From UHGV virus genome UHGV-1375844: 64,000 bases of DNA; one strand, written 5' to 3'. Below are positions 46,122 to 55,050 of the stretch, piece by piece. The position numbers and the translations under genes were made by a program. Each line of letters starts with the position of its first letter. Within the stretch, counting starts at the first letter, position 1. The stretch is from a virus. The notes below the pieces were generated by a model, which was given only the letters and a program-made list of their open reading frames with translations, made no database searches and was not told the origin of the DNA.

Positions 46122-46400
46122 ATGAGCGATAAACGCGCTATACATTGCCAGGTGCAACTGACCGAGAAGGCCAACGACAAGCTGGAAAACTTTCAAAATC
46201 GTCTTCGTGAACGCAACATTAAGTTGTCAAAGGCAGACATCATCAATCTGGTGCTGGCCAACATGACAGTTGCCGATTTTGATAAGGCAGCGACATCTCT
46301 GGAGGCGTCAGCGAAAGCTCGTGAAAAAGTCATGAAAATTTACGAGAACTCGGGGATGACCAAAGAAGATTTGGCCGATATTCTAAAACGTCTCGACTGA
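46122..46400 (+). CDS. hypothetical protein (92 aa)
   Basis: ORF coupled to helicase stop. Confidence 0.5.
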   Translation: MSDKRAIHCQVQLTEKANDKLENFQNRLRERNIKLSKADIINLVLANMTVADFDKAATSLEASAKAREKVMKIYENSGMTKEDLADILKRLD

Positions 46401-46406
46401 ATCAAG

Positions 46407-46432
46407 ATGGCGCCTTTAGGCGCCATGTTTTA
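46407..46432 (+). terminator. intrinsic terminator
   Basis: ATGGCGCC-loop-GGCGCCAT followed by GTTTTA. Confidence 0.55.
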
Positions 46433-46462
46433 ATGAACTGATAAGGACTTTGTTCAGGTACG

Positions 46463-46885
46463 ATGAAATACGTAATAATTCCACTAATCACCACCTCTGC
46501 TTTACTTCTTTCCGCATGTCAGTCCCGTCCTGTTTCTGTTTCTGATGCAAAACCCGCGCCGCAGGCCAGAGTATTCAAATATCAGACTCCAGAAGCCTCC
46601 ACCCTGGTGGTCTTACGTGATAAAGGCATGGTCGGCTCTGGATGTGACGCTTCCATCTTCATCAATGGGGAAACCGTCGCAAAACTGGAGACAGGTGAAA
46701 AAGCCACTTTCCATCTTGCAGCTGGAGAATGGATCGTCGGAGCCTCGCTTGAAGGTTCCGGACTGTGCGCACTTAACCCGGCACGACAGGAGCGTGAAAC
46801 AATTACCAAAGCCGGTGACACGAAAGTGTTCAGGGTGTTTACCAGCAATGCTGGTGACATAGATATTCTTCCAACGACGCTGTAA
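46463..46885 (+). CDS. lipoprotein (140 aa)
   Basis: Signal peptide with lipobox LSAC. Confidence 0.55.
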   Translation: MKYVIIPLITTSALLLSACQSRPVSVSDAKPAPQARVFKYQTPEASTLVVLRDKGMVGSGCDASIFINGETVAKLETGEKATFHLAAGEWIVGASLEGSGLCALNPARQERETITKAGDTKVFRVFTSNAGDIDILPTTL

Positions 46886-46889
46886 TGAC

Positions 46890-47417
46890 ATGACGAACAT
46901 AACTGACATCACCTACGGTATACCTGCAGAAGTCTGGCCGCGGGATTATTCTAACGTCGAGAAGGCACTCATGTTCTGGCGTAAATCCCTCATTCCTGTA
47001 AGGGTCACGATGGAGGATGGTCAGGTGTTCTGCATGTATGTGCAGGGTCTCATGTCATCCCGCAATAAGGTTGATCTTTGCTCTGCCCCGTTCGACAAAG
47101 AAAATCGTATAAGGCTCCCACTTGAGCGGATCAGCACGATTGAGTCGGGTGTGACAGAAAGTATTGGACACGACTTCAAGGGGCGAATCACGATTAACCC
47201 CGAATATGTTGATAATCGGCCATCTCGCCGGGACTTCTTCAAAATCTGTCGGCAGGCTCATGCGTCTCAGAAGTCTATAAGGGTGTACATGGCGGATGGC
47301 CGTGAAATTGAAGGTGTGTCATTAGGCGTTGACGCTTGCCAGGTCACGATCGGCATTGGTGAAGGTCGCAAGATGGTGGTCTTGTTCGATTGGGTCGAAA
47401 GGATTATACCGTTTTAA
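46890..47417 (+). CDS. hypothetical protein (175 aa)
   Basis: ORF directly after lipoprotein gene. Confidence 0.5.
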   Translation: MTNITDITYGIPAEVWPRDYSNVEKALMFWRKSLIPVRVTMEDGQVFCMYVQGLMSSRNKVDLCSAPFDKENRIRLPLERISTIESGVTESIGHDFKGRITINPEYVDNRPSRRDFFKICRQAHASQKSIRVYMADGREIEGVSLGVDACQVTIGIGEGRKMVVLFDWVERIIPF

Positions 47418-47430
47418 ATCTATAAGGGTA

Positions 47431-47460
47431 ATAACCGGCTAAGTCCGGTTATTATTTTAT
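47431..47460 (+). terminator. intrinsic terminator
   Basis: AATAACCGG-loop-CCGGTTATT followed by ATTTTATGG. Confidence 0.55.
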
Positions 47461-47632
47461 GGGTCACTTCTTCACTATATATTCCTTACAGCCAATTCCC
47501 GCCAATAATATATAAGGGCAATCTCACAATTGCGTTATTTATTTAGGGAACACCTTCAAGAAAAACGGATTTATTTCTAAGACTTTGATTTTTATTGAAT
47601 AAAATTTTTTCCTGCTACCTTACAAAAAATAC

Positions 47633-47660
47633 TTGCTTTTAAAATTCATATAGCGATAAT
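47633..47660 (+). promoter_or_regulatory. sigma70-like promoter
   Basis: TTGCTT, 16-nt spacer, GATAAT; in AT-rich UP-like region about 80 nt upstream of ATG 47739. Confidence 0.5.
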
Positions 47661-47738
47661 TACACACATCGAAAGCGAACACGCTAACGATAAATAAAAA
47701 ACAAATTAATTTTCAATATTACATAAGGATTAAATATT

Positions 47739-48386
47739 ATGTCTAACGTTATCTCTAAAAAAGCTATCATCGACGCTGCTGTAGTTATCACTGAAGAGCT
47801 TCAGATCAAAGCAAATGAAGCAAGCCAGACACGCGAACAACGCGCTAAAAATGGAACTGCTACCAAAGCAGATAAAGCTAACGAGCTTGCAGCCACTACT
47901 AAACTTGCATACTTCACTAACAACGTATTAAACGCGCTTAAAGATGAAAAATTAGCTGGTGTCTTTTACTACGCGATTAAAGCCAGCAAGCAAGATCCAG
48001 AAGTATTTTTCCGTGAAGCGATGACTAATAGCTACTCTCTCGAAAAGCTGGTTTATCTGGTGAAGTCTATTAAGTCTGGCAAATGTGTTTATTCAGTCGC
48101 TGATATGTCAGGATCTCGCGTATTCGCATTAATCGAAATGATTAATGATGAAATGGAAACTTTTACTAATGGCGCTGTATTCGATTTAATGAATGAAGCT
48201 AAAAAAGCATGTGAGATTAAATTAGACGCTGGCTACACTCAAGCCAATCAGCTTATCAATTTGTGTGAACGTCTGGGACTGGTCGAGAAGATCAAAGGAA
48301 TGGGCGCTGCTAAAAACGGATCTCAGCAATATCGCTTTATCAAGAATGATTTTTATAACTATCTGGCTGAAGCGTTCAAAGCGTAA
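47739..48386 (+). CDS. hypothetical protein (215 aa), AT-rich cassette gene
   Basis: Own promoter and terminator; AT-rich codon usage. Confidence 0.55.
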   Translation: MSNVISKKAIIDAAVVITEELQIKANEASQTREQRAKNGTATKADKANELAATTKLAYFTNNVLNALKDEKLAGVFYYAIKASKQDPEVFFREAMTNSYSLEKLVYLVKSIKSGKCVYSVADMSGSRVFALIEMINDEMETFTNGAVFDLMNEAKKACEIKLDAGYTQANQLINLCERLGLVEKIKGMGAAKNGSQQYRFIKNDFYNYLAEAFKA

Positions 48387-48397
48387 TTAGATGGATA

Positions 48398-48424
48398 TAG
48401 CGCCCACTATGGGCGCTAGTTTTA
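48398..48424 (+). terminator. intrinsic terminator
   Basis: AGCGCCCACTATGGGCGCT hairpin plus GTTTTA. Confidence 0.5.
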
Positions 48425-48436
48425 AGGATAAAAATC

Positions 48437-48640
48437 ATGACAAGCTATGACCAGATCCTCGCGGAGTATCGCGCAAAATATCGCGCTTATAAACTTGAAT
48501 TAATCGACGATCTAAAAGCGCAACGCGATAAACTAAATTTTACTTTTGCTGATTTGCTTAACAGTAAAAGAGACTGTAAACGCAAGCGTGAATATTTGCG
48601 CTTGTCTGAAATGATCGGAAAACTGCAAAACAGCATTTAA
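48437..48640 (+). CDS. hypothetical small protein (67 aa)
   Basis: ORF between two copies of the same terminator hairpin. Confidence 0.45.
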   Translation: MTSYDQILAEYRAKYRAYKLELIDDLKAQRDKLNFTFADLLNSKRDCKRKREYLRLSEMIGKLQNSI

Positions 48641-48643
48641 ACA

Positions 48644-48670
48644 AAAGCGCCCACTATGGGCGCTTTTTTC
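48644..48670 (+). terminator. intrinsic terminator (second copy of GCGCCCACTATGGGCGC hairpin)
   Basis: Hairpin followed by TTTTTTCG. Confidence 0.65.
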
Positions 48671-49149
48671 GTTTCAGGATCTCCACCATAACGCGCCAAC
48701 AATGGCGCGTTTTCTTTTGTCTGGCGTTCACTCATTCACAACAAAAATAAGCTCCATAAAAACGCCACTGCGACGCGTTTTAACGTGTGGCAATACGTAC
48801 CCATAGCTAAAACAAAAAAGCGCTCAGAATGCGAGGTGTGGCGTTTTAGTGTATGGCTTATTTTATGCTGTCGTGGGCGTGATCGTCTGGCGTTATCTGG
48901 CGACGTGATCCGCGCCATCCTTCGGGACGTGTCGGCAATAATGGCGTGATCCGTGGGCGCTCGCGTATAGTCTCCACGTTGGCGCAACGTGTACGCGCTT
49001 ACAGTCTCGTTTATTCAGTGATTCATAATCACATAGCGAAAGCTATCCGGATGGCTCAGGGGCTGAAAAGCCCACCAGCACCACCCCAGCGCCTCTGTGC
49101 ATTTTCTGGTGTGATTCTGAGCGTCTCCCGCTCGGTTTCTACATAGAGG

Positions 49150-49262
49150 CAAACCCAGCCGTTTCCCGAAAATTCCCTGGCCGTTTCCCTACGGCTGCCC
49201 GAATCGCTCTCTGGCCGTTCCTGAAGTTTTCCCCTGCGGCAGCGGGCGTCCAAAAAGAAAGG
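49150..49262. repeat. iteron-like direct repeats (GCCGTTTCCC family), 4 copies
   Basis: CCAGCCGTTTCCC, CTGGCCGTTTCCC, CTGGCCGTTCC, GGGCCGTTTCC at roughly 25-35 bp spacing. Confidence 0.6.
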
Positions 49263-49284
49263 GCCGTTTCCAGCCCCTCCCCTC

Positions 49285-49767
49285 TCACACGCCAGGCAGG
49301 ATATGAATGCGGTTGCTGACATACATCTCTTTCACGAAGTCCCCGCATGTGACTTTCCATTCACTGACACCGGCTTCATAAACCACGTTTTTGCATTTAA
49401 GTGCATTGTCAGCGATACGCACACCCTGCGCTGTTGCTTCCTGGTCGGTGAAGTCGAACCCGGATTCAGTTTTGACCCACACGGCAATTTGTGTTGCCAG
49501 CTCGATGAGTTTTGACTGGCAGAAGCGACCGCGTCGTACCGGGAAGATAAATACCCCGAACCCCGCGGTGGTAACGTAGGCTTTTTCGAATACGCGTTTA
49601 TGTCGACGGTTACAGATAATGTTGCTGGCGATCTGCTGCTTCTCTTTCCCTGACAACTCAATGGTCTCATTGCCACGCCAGGCGCCCAGCACGCTTTTTT
49701 CAATGTCAGAGTAAGTCACGGAGATCGTGCCATGCTCGGGAGTGTTCACAGTAGCGATATAGTTCAT
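49285..49767 (-). CDS. hypothetical protein (160 aa)
   Basis: ORF with motif B immediately upstream. Confidence 0.5.
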   Translation of the reverse strand: MNYIATVNTPEHGTISVTYSDIEKSVLGAWRGNETIELSGKEKQQIASNIICNRRHKRVFEKAYVTTAGFGVFIFPVRRGRFCQSKLIELATQIAVWVKTESGFDFTDQEATAQGVRIADNALKCKNVVYEAGVSEWKVTCGDFVKEMYVSNRIHILPGV

Positions 49768-49780
49768 CGAGATAATCCTT

Positions 49781-49816
49781 TAAACAATTTGTTTTCTTGA
49801 TGGTTTAATTATCGCT
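49781..49816 (-). promoter_or_regulatory. motif B promoter/operator copy
   Basis: Minus strand reads GCGATAATTAAACCATCAAGAAAACAAATTGTTTAAAGGA then ATG. Confidence 0.5.
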
Positions 49817-49990
49817 ACGCGTATCAGGCGTCCAAGCGCTCTATTCCGGCATCTGTTTGCCTGAAGGGAGTCAGAGGGTCGTTCGGTAGCCTGGCGGTAA
49901 GAGGTGGGTGTTTTGCCTGATGTGATGAGGTTGGTATATCTGGCGGGCAAGCGGTGCTATCTTGGCCGCAGGTAACTCAGGAGACTCAAG

Positions 49991-50179
49991 ATGTTAGATA
50001 AACTGGATAATCTGCAATTAAGCGAAGAAGAGGCAACGGCTCTGGCCCAGCTCGTCAAACGACTCACCTGGACTGATATGCGAGGCTGTGCCGTTGACGA
50101 TGATGAGGCGTATACCATCAGTGATGCGGTCGCCAAATTGCAGAAGAGTCTCGCTGAAGCAGGCTTCGCTCCGCGATAG
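49991..50179 (+). CDS. hypothetical small protein (62 aa)
   Basis: AGGAG RBS 6 nt before ATG. Confidence 0.4.
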   Translation: MLDKLDNLQLSEEEATALAQLVKRLTWTDMRGCAVDDDEAYTISDAVAKLQKSLAEAGFAPR

Positions 50180-50206
50180 GCCACCAGCAAGGGTGGCCCC
50201 GTTCTC

Positions 50207-50488
50207 TTAGTGGAGCAGACCGACGTCGATGGTGTCGCCGGAGTCTGTGATGCGGATCATCAGCATGGCGAAGGCATTTAACGGATAGCCTGCGTGCCAC
50301 TCCGGGAAACGATCGTCTCGCATGAAATCGGCAATGTCATACACGCTGTCCTGAAAACGGAAGAAGCGGGTGGCGCTCTGCTCGTCGTATTCAACATGAT
50401 CCATCTCCTGCTGTTCTGCCGGCGACAGGTCCAGCCAGGACTCCAGGTAAACATTTTCAGCTTTAGGGGTAATTGTAAAATCGGTCAT
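50207..50488 (-). CDS. hypothetical acidic protein (93 aa)
   Basis: ORF with motif B upstream and GAGGA RBS. Confidence 0.5.
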   Translation of the reverse strand: MTDFTITPKAENVYLESWLDLSPAEQQEMDHVEYDEQSATRFFRFQDSVYDIADFMRDDRFPEWHAGYPLNAFAMLMIRITDSGDTIDVGLLH

Positions 50489-50506
50489 GTGCTTAATCCT
50501 CAGTGC

Positions 50507-50542
50507 GTAAACAATTTGTTTTCTTGTTGGTGTAATTATCGC
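50507..50542 (-). promoter_or_regulatory. motif B promoter/operator copy
   Basis: Minus strand TGCGATAATTACACCAACAAGAAAACAAATTGTTTAC. Confidence 0.5.
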
Positions 50543-50615
50543 AGTGTGAATAAGGCAGAAAACATTTTGTTATCGGGGGCAAGTAAGTGGCGCGGGATTC
50601 GCGCCACTGGCGGGA

Positions 50616-51008
50616 TTAGGCGAACACGCTTTCAGGGATGTAATCATCAATGAGTGCGCCGGAGTTAATGCGCAAACCGTACTGACCCATCCAGGTGCTG
50701 TTAGGGTTAAGATCTGAGGTGAACAGCGCGTTCACTTTCGTCATAAGCGATTCGAACATCGTACTATCGACGGTGCGGAAGTAGGCTTCCAGTTTGAGCA
50801 GTAGCGGATCTGATGCGTCGCTAATGTTCTGGTAGCCAATGGCGTATGTGCTCTTATCAGTACCCTTACGCACTAAGGTGCTGGTATGTACCTCAGTTCC
50901 GGTGGTGTTATCACGCACAACAACGGTCAGTTTGGCAGTGGCTTCGCCGGAGGTGGTCTCAGATGCATAATGCAGATCGAGTACCAGATTTTCACGTAAA
51001 ACAGTCAT
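50616..51008 (-). CDS. hypothetical protein (130 aa)
   Basis: ORF preceded by motif A copy. Confidence 0.5.
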   Translation of the reverse strand: MTVLRENLVLDLHYASETTSGEATAKLTVVVRDNTTGTEVHTSTLVRKGTDKSTYAIGYQNISDASDPLLLKLEAYFRTVDSTMFESLMTKVNALFTSDLNPNSTWMGQYGLRINSGALIDDYIPESVFA

Positions 51009-51047
51009 TATCTTCTCCCTGTGTTAGACCCCTTTTATATTATTGTC

Positions 51048-51063
51048 ATAAGTAACTACTTAC
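51048..51063. promoter_or_regulatory. motif A palindrome copy (variant)
   Basis: ATAAGTAACTACTTAC upstream of 50616..51008. Confidence 0.4.
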
Positions 51064-51138
51064 AATACAGAGTAGCCAAAAAAGCCCCGAAGGATGGACG
51101 GGGCTGTCGTAAATTCGACTAAACGCTTTTGCACATGG

Positions 51139-51450
51139 TCAGGCTGTGGCTTGAAGAGAGACGCGCTGTATTTCCTGCTGGGCTGCTTTATTGGCTTCAA
51201 GTAATGCCAGCTCAAGCTCCCCTTCTGGCCATATCATTTGTTTGGACACCCATCCTGTTTTCCCCTGGCGTCTGACACTCATCACATAGCGCGAGCGGGC
51301 GCCATTTTCGAACGTGACAAGTGTCTCCTTGAAGAGCCTGATGGATGTACCGTTTGCGATAACATCAAGGAGAGTCAGTTGCTTCAGTATTGTTGGCTTG
51401 GCCTTTTTTGGCTGCCCAACACTCAGTCTGGAAATCATCCCGATATTCAT
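51139..51450 (-). CDS. hypothetical protein (104 aa)
   Basis: ORF 51139..51516 trimmed to MNIGMISRL; the upstream 22 codons are the motif B element read in frame. Confidence 0.45.
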   Translation of the reverse strand: MNIGMISRLSVGQPKKAKPTILKQLTLLDVIANGTSIRLFKETLVTFENGARSRYVMSVRRQGKTGWVSKQMIWPEGELELALLEANKAAQQEIQRVSLQATA

Positions 51451-51460
51451 ACACAACTCC

Positions 51461-51497
51461 GTAAACAATTTGTTTTCTTGATGGCGTAAATAATACC
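51461..51497 (-). promoter_or_regulatory. motif B promoter/operator copy
   Basis: GTAAACAATTTGTTTTCTTGATGGCGTAAATAATACC on plus strand. Confidence 0.5.
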
Positions 51498-51590
51498 AGT
51501 GTGAAAACGGTGACAAAGCGTGTCGTTACGGCGCTGCGCTGCCCCGGAGGTGGCAAACAACAAAAAGCCACCGTGCTGGTGGCCTCACTC

Positions 51591-51809
51591 TTAATCTTCT
51601 TCGTCCGGGAACTCGCTGTGTACCGCGTCCACCAGCTGCCGCTTTTCATCTTCACTCAGCAGGTGCCAGATATCCTTCCCTTTGGGCGATTCCCCTTCTG
51701 CCGGGACGAACGACCATAGCTTGCGGTGCAGTTCCGGCCCTACAGCATCCAGACATTCGGCCAGCGAATCCACACTCCACACCTCAACCAGCACAGGCAT
51801 CTTAATCAT
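51591..51809 (-). CDS. hypothetical acidic protein (72 aa)
   Basis: ORF trimmed to MIKMPVLVEV start to avoid overlap with the next gene. Confidence 0.4.
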   Translation of the reverse strand: MIKMPVLVEVWSVDSLAECLDAVGPELHRKLWSFVPAEGESPKGKDIWHLLSEDEKRQLVDAVHSEFPDEED

Positions 51810-51819
51810 CTCTTCGCCC

Positions 51820-52038
51820 TCACTTCGTTTCTGACGTTGTGCAGTTCCACGCGACGGACATTGGGCTGTCCTCGATATGGAAATCAAACGTCCCTTCTCT
51901 GTACCCTTCAGAGATAAGCGTCGCTACGCGAGTAGTGACATCCTGGGAACGGATAACGTCATCGAGGGAGATCTGGAGTTCGTCAGTGCATGTCTCTTCT
52001 CCGCAAAGGGTGATGCTGATATTAAGATGCTTGTACAT
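51820..52038 (-). CDS. hypothetical protein (72 aa)
   Basis: ORF with motif B upstream. Confidence 0.45.
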   Translation of the reverse strand: MYKHLNISITLCGEETCTDELQISLDDVIRSQDVTTRVATLISEGYREGTFDFHIEDSPMSVAWNCTTSETK

Positions 52039-52053
52039 GTGTTTCTCCTTTGT

Positions 52054-52089
52054 CTAAACACGTTGTTTTCTTATTGGTGTTATTATCGC
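52054..52089 (-). promoter_or_regulatory. motif B copy in divergent region
   Basis: CTAAACACGTTGTTTTCTTATTGGTGTTATTATCGC between minus gene start 52038 and plus gene start 52181. Confidence 0.5.
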
Positions 52090-52180
52090 AATAAGAAAAC
52101 GGGGAAAAAGCATTCATTAAAGGCTGATGTGTTTGTGTCGATTTATTGCTATGTATGTATCTGGCTAACTCAGAGGGAAT

Positions 52181-52426
52181 GTGATGAGCACTAACAACTA
52201 CACAGACGGCTACTTCAGCATCGATGTCGAGAGAGGCGAACTGCTACATGGCGGCGCCTCTGTTGGACGCATTATTCTGGTCAACGGCCAGATTTACACA
52301 GAGCTGGACGATAGCAGTGCAGACACACCTGTCGTCTCCGGTCCCTTCGGGACAAGAGAGGAGGCGTTAGATGATTTGTGGGACAACAGGGATGATGCAA
52401 ATCAGGGCAGCGAGATTTTCGAATAA
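52181..52426 (+). CDS. hypothetical acidic protein (81 aa)
   Basis: GAGGGA RBS before ATG. Confidence 0.45.
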   Translation: MMSTNNYTDGYFSIDVERGELLHGGASVGRIILVNGQIYTELDDSSADTPVVSGPFGTREEALDDLWDNRDDANQGSEIFE

Positions 52427-52604
52427 ACGTCCTCGGCAATTTCGCCACCAAAACCCTTAACCCTTTACACTAGCTCTGGCTTCCCGACATGAGCGTGCGA
52501 AGCTAGTCTGGTCTCAACACTCAATTGCGGGACTCACAAGTTCCCGCAATATTCAGGTTAACGAGAAGCAAGACACACTCCCGCAGCGCTCCCTCGCTCT
52601 TTAC

Positions 52605-52750
52605 CGGGATGCATCCGTTTCCTGACCTGAAGCCAGCCTTTTCCCGGTTCGCATGACGGGATTCTCCCCGTTTCCCTGAAAAACCCAGCCGTTTCCCTGC
52701 GGCGATGCTCCCGTTTTCCAGTAGGGATGCAGCCTTTTCTCTGGATGGCC
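52605..52750. repeat. iteron-like direct repeats (GCCGTTTCCC family), about 6 copies
   Basis: CATCCGTTTCC, CAGCCTTTTCCC, CCCCGTTTCCC, CAGCCGTTTCCC, CCCGTTTTCC, CAGCCTTTTCTC at about 22-28 bp spacing. Confidence 0.6.
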
Positions 52751-52979
52751 CGCAGGTTGACCGTAGGGGTGGGGAGGGACGTTACGGGAGATAAAATCAT
52801 GGCTTGAATAAATACGGGAAAAGTAGCGATCCCCCTCTTCCCCTTCCCACTTATACCTCCAGTTAAATCTCTGCGTTCCTCTCTCCTTTAATCGAATCTG
52901 TCTTCCCTCCGATAAGGCTCAATACGATGACTACCTCTGTACGTGAAATGGGTGGTTCGTACTCTCTGCCGGCATATGT

Positions 52980-53470
52980 CTTTTTGCGCTTCTTGAGGCT
53001 GTTCTTCTATGCGTTTTCTTCTGGGTTGTTTTCGTCTCTTTGGGTGTTCTTCTTCTCTGGGTATTGAGTAATGGCAGGTGTGCTTTCCTCTTCGTTTACT
53101 TGCTGAGAAGGAAGTGTGGGGAATGGCAGTAGGGCGCTTTAGTTGTTCTCTGCATATCAAGTAATAGCGTTCCCTGCTTTTCAGGACTTTGCGCTCTCTT
53201 CAGGGGTAATGGTGGGTAAGTAAGATTGCAACGGCTCCTGTTCTGGTCTGGGTTTGCCCGGGGTTGCATTCTGAGCGCTGTTCTCTGTGTTTTGGGTAAT
53301 GGCATGTAGAGGATTGCGTGCGCGAGCTGCGTCTCGGTTGCCTGGTGGCATTAGGTGGGTGGTCGGTAGCCTGGGGTCAAGAGGTGGGTCTATTCCATAG
53401 CCTGGTGGTAAGAGGTGGGTAGTTTCCGGGGGTTGTGGGCAATGGCGCCTCTGGGTTTCCCGCGGGTGGG
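52980..53470. repeat. degenerate tandem direct repeats in ORF-free region
   Basis: Recurring TTCTCTGGGT...GGTAATGGC units (period roughly 75-80 bp) and 3 copies of TAGCCTGG.GGT.AAGAGGTGGGT; a fourth copy of the latter lies at about 49871. Confidence 0.55.
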
Positions 53471-53510
53471 ATTAATTTGTTTTCTTGCTGTAGAAAACAA
53501 CTTGTTTAAA
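53471..53510. promoter_or_regulatory. motif B copies in both orientations
   Basis: ATTAATTTGTTTTCTTGC and GAAAACAACTTGTTTAAA. Confidence 0.4.
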
Positions 53511-53706
53511 TGGGCAATTTAACGCAATCAGAGCGCTTTTGAGCGTGTCTGTTTTTGGGTGGTGTGTTGAGTCGTTAGAGATGCTTTCGTCGCGAGGTGA
53601 TTGATTCTGGTGGGCAGGATAGCGGGTATAAGAGATGGCATGTGAAAACGTCAACTTTTTAGACTAAATCGGGAGAATGCATTGACATTTCTTTGATGTG
53701 TTATTT

Positions 53707-53731
53707 ATTTGTTTTCTCATATGCGTAATTA
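53707..53731. promoter_or_regulatory. motif B-like copy
   Basis: ATTTGTTTTCTCATATGCGTAATTA (compare 9112..9130). Confidence 0.35.
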
Positions 53732-54075
53732 ACTGAAAGCCCTTGTCACGCCTGGTCTGGTGTAGGTTGGGAGAGTGGAGAAAGTGGCGATCAACGGACT
53801 CTTATAGAAATCCTCATTTTGTGACCGCCAATGTCAACGATTTGACTAAATCAGATGGTCGAGTTCATCGTTGATTTGCTCTCTCAGGGAGGAATCGTTT
53901 ACACCCCACGCGTCAATCCTTTGCCTCAACTCTGGACTGAATTGCATATAGATGCTGTGGATGATTTGTGGGGTAGGGGTTAAACCTCTCATCGCAATGC
54001 ACTGGTACAGGTATGACTTTTCACTGAACACTGTTAAATGCCCTCATTTGATTGAAAAGTGCATTTTAACCTTAG

Positions 54076-54393
54076 TCACCAGTCCCATGAGGTAAGTCCG
54101 TCCACCAGCTCGGCATCACGGTCGAAATGTACCGAATCGAAGCCAGCATCGAGTACTGCCTGAATATTCGTTATCGTCTCTTCGGAGATATTGTAGGCAC
54201 GCAGTTCTTCCTTCCAGTCATTCCCCCGTAATCCGGCCCGGACAATCCATCCGTACTTGCTACCGTGTACCCAATTCAGCCCGCGGTCTGTGATTGGGTC
54301 GAAACTTACGACAGGCAGACGTTCAGAGTCTTCGCCCGTTACGTGAGCGGTGCTGATCACCGCCGTCTTATAGGACTCGGTGATTTTCAGCAT
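54076..54393 (-). CDS. hypothetical protein (105 aa)
   Basis: ORF coupled to the upstream gene. Confidence 0.5.
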   Translation of the reverse strand: MLKITESYKTAVISTAHVTGEDSERLPVVSFDPITDRGLNWVHGSKYGWIVRAGLRGNDWKEELRAYNISEETITNIQAVLDAGFDSVHFDRDAELVDGLTSWDW

Positions 54394-54629
54394 GATGACT
54401 TCTCCTTCGGAAAGAGGGTTTCAGCCGTGTCAGAGATAACATCCCAATTCACGCCCACATTAGCATCATGGCAATCCTTGATTTTACGCATCACCTGTAC
54501 GCACTGCTCGTCTGTCAGATCCGGTCGAACCTGGCTTACGTCTTCCTTGTGCCACATGACCATCAGCAGCGGCTCATCTTCCGGGTAGTTCTCCAGTTTT
54601 TCGGTTATCTCTTTAGCGGTTCCGAACAT
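54387..54629 (-). CDS. hypothetical protein (80 aa)
   Basis: ORF trimmed to second ATG, which has AAGGAG RBS lying within motif B. Confidence 0.45.
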   Translation of the reverse strand: MFGTAKEITEKLENYPEDEPLLMVMWHKEDVSQVRPDLTDEQCVQVMRKIKDCHDANVGVNWDVISDTAETLFPKEKSSC

Positions 54630-54639
54630 TATTAACTCC

Positions 54640-54675
54640 TTAAACATCTTGTTTTCTTGTTGGTGTTATTATCTC
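54640..54675 (-). promoter_or_regulatory. motif B promoter/operator copy
   Basis: TTAAACATCTTGTTTTCTTGTTGGTGTTATTATCTC. Confidence 0.5.
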
Positions 54676-54713
54676 AATTTACAAGAGGCAGAAAACAAAA
54701 TGTTTAAGGGGAG

Positions 54714-54980
54714 TCAGGTCAGACTGAAGTCGTCCATATCATCCACAAACTCCATGAACCTTGCTTCAACATCAGCCAGTATAAGGAGATAGGCCAGACC
54801 TTCGCTCAGCGAAACAGGCTTTTCTATAACAAACTCAAAGCCGTCGATATGGGTTTTGCCCAACCAATACCCCCCGCCATATTTCTTTAGCCGTTGAAAG
54901 AAAACGTATCCTCCCGGAACGAAATTGTTTAGCGTCTCGCCTCTGTATACGATCTGGTAATTTGAATCTTTGCCGCCCAT
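54714..54980 (-). CDS. hypothetical protein (88 aa)
   Basis: GGGAGG RBS before ATG. Confidence 0.45.
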   Translation of the reverse strand: MGGKDSNYQIVYRGETLNNFVPGGYVFFQRLKKYGGGYWLGKTHIDGFEFVIEKPVSLSEGLAYLLILADVEARFMEFVDDMDDFSLT

Positions 54981-55050
54981 TTTTACCTCCCAAACAACTG
55001 TATATATTTACAGTAGTATTAAGGCAAAAATCAGTCAATTTAGAAGGGTG

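Noticed and set aside
48736-48987. ORF 48736..48987 (83 aa, Arg-rich)
   Set aside because: Lies in the repeat-rich convergent intergenic region, has no RBS and an Arg/His-rich composition typical of non-coding GC-rich DNA.
51365-51655. Alternative minus-strand ORF 51365..51655 (96 aa)
   Set aside because: Overlaps 51139..51450 and the motif B element; its start falls inside the promoter/leader and its translation is low-complexity.
52980-53470. Possible CRISPR array
   Set aside because: Repeats are degenerate, of variable length and spacing, and not separated by unique spacers of uniform size; no cas genes in the window.
52558-53654. Minus-strand ORFs in the repeat region (52558..52800, 52888..53160, 53096..53305, 53472..53654)
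   Set aside because: Low-complexity translations, no RBS, alternative start codons, and they coincide with direct repeats; more likely non-coding.
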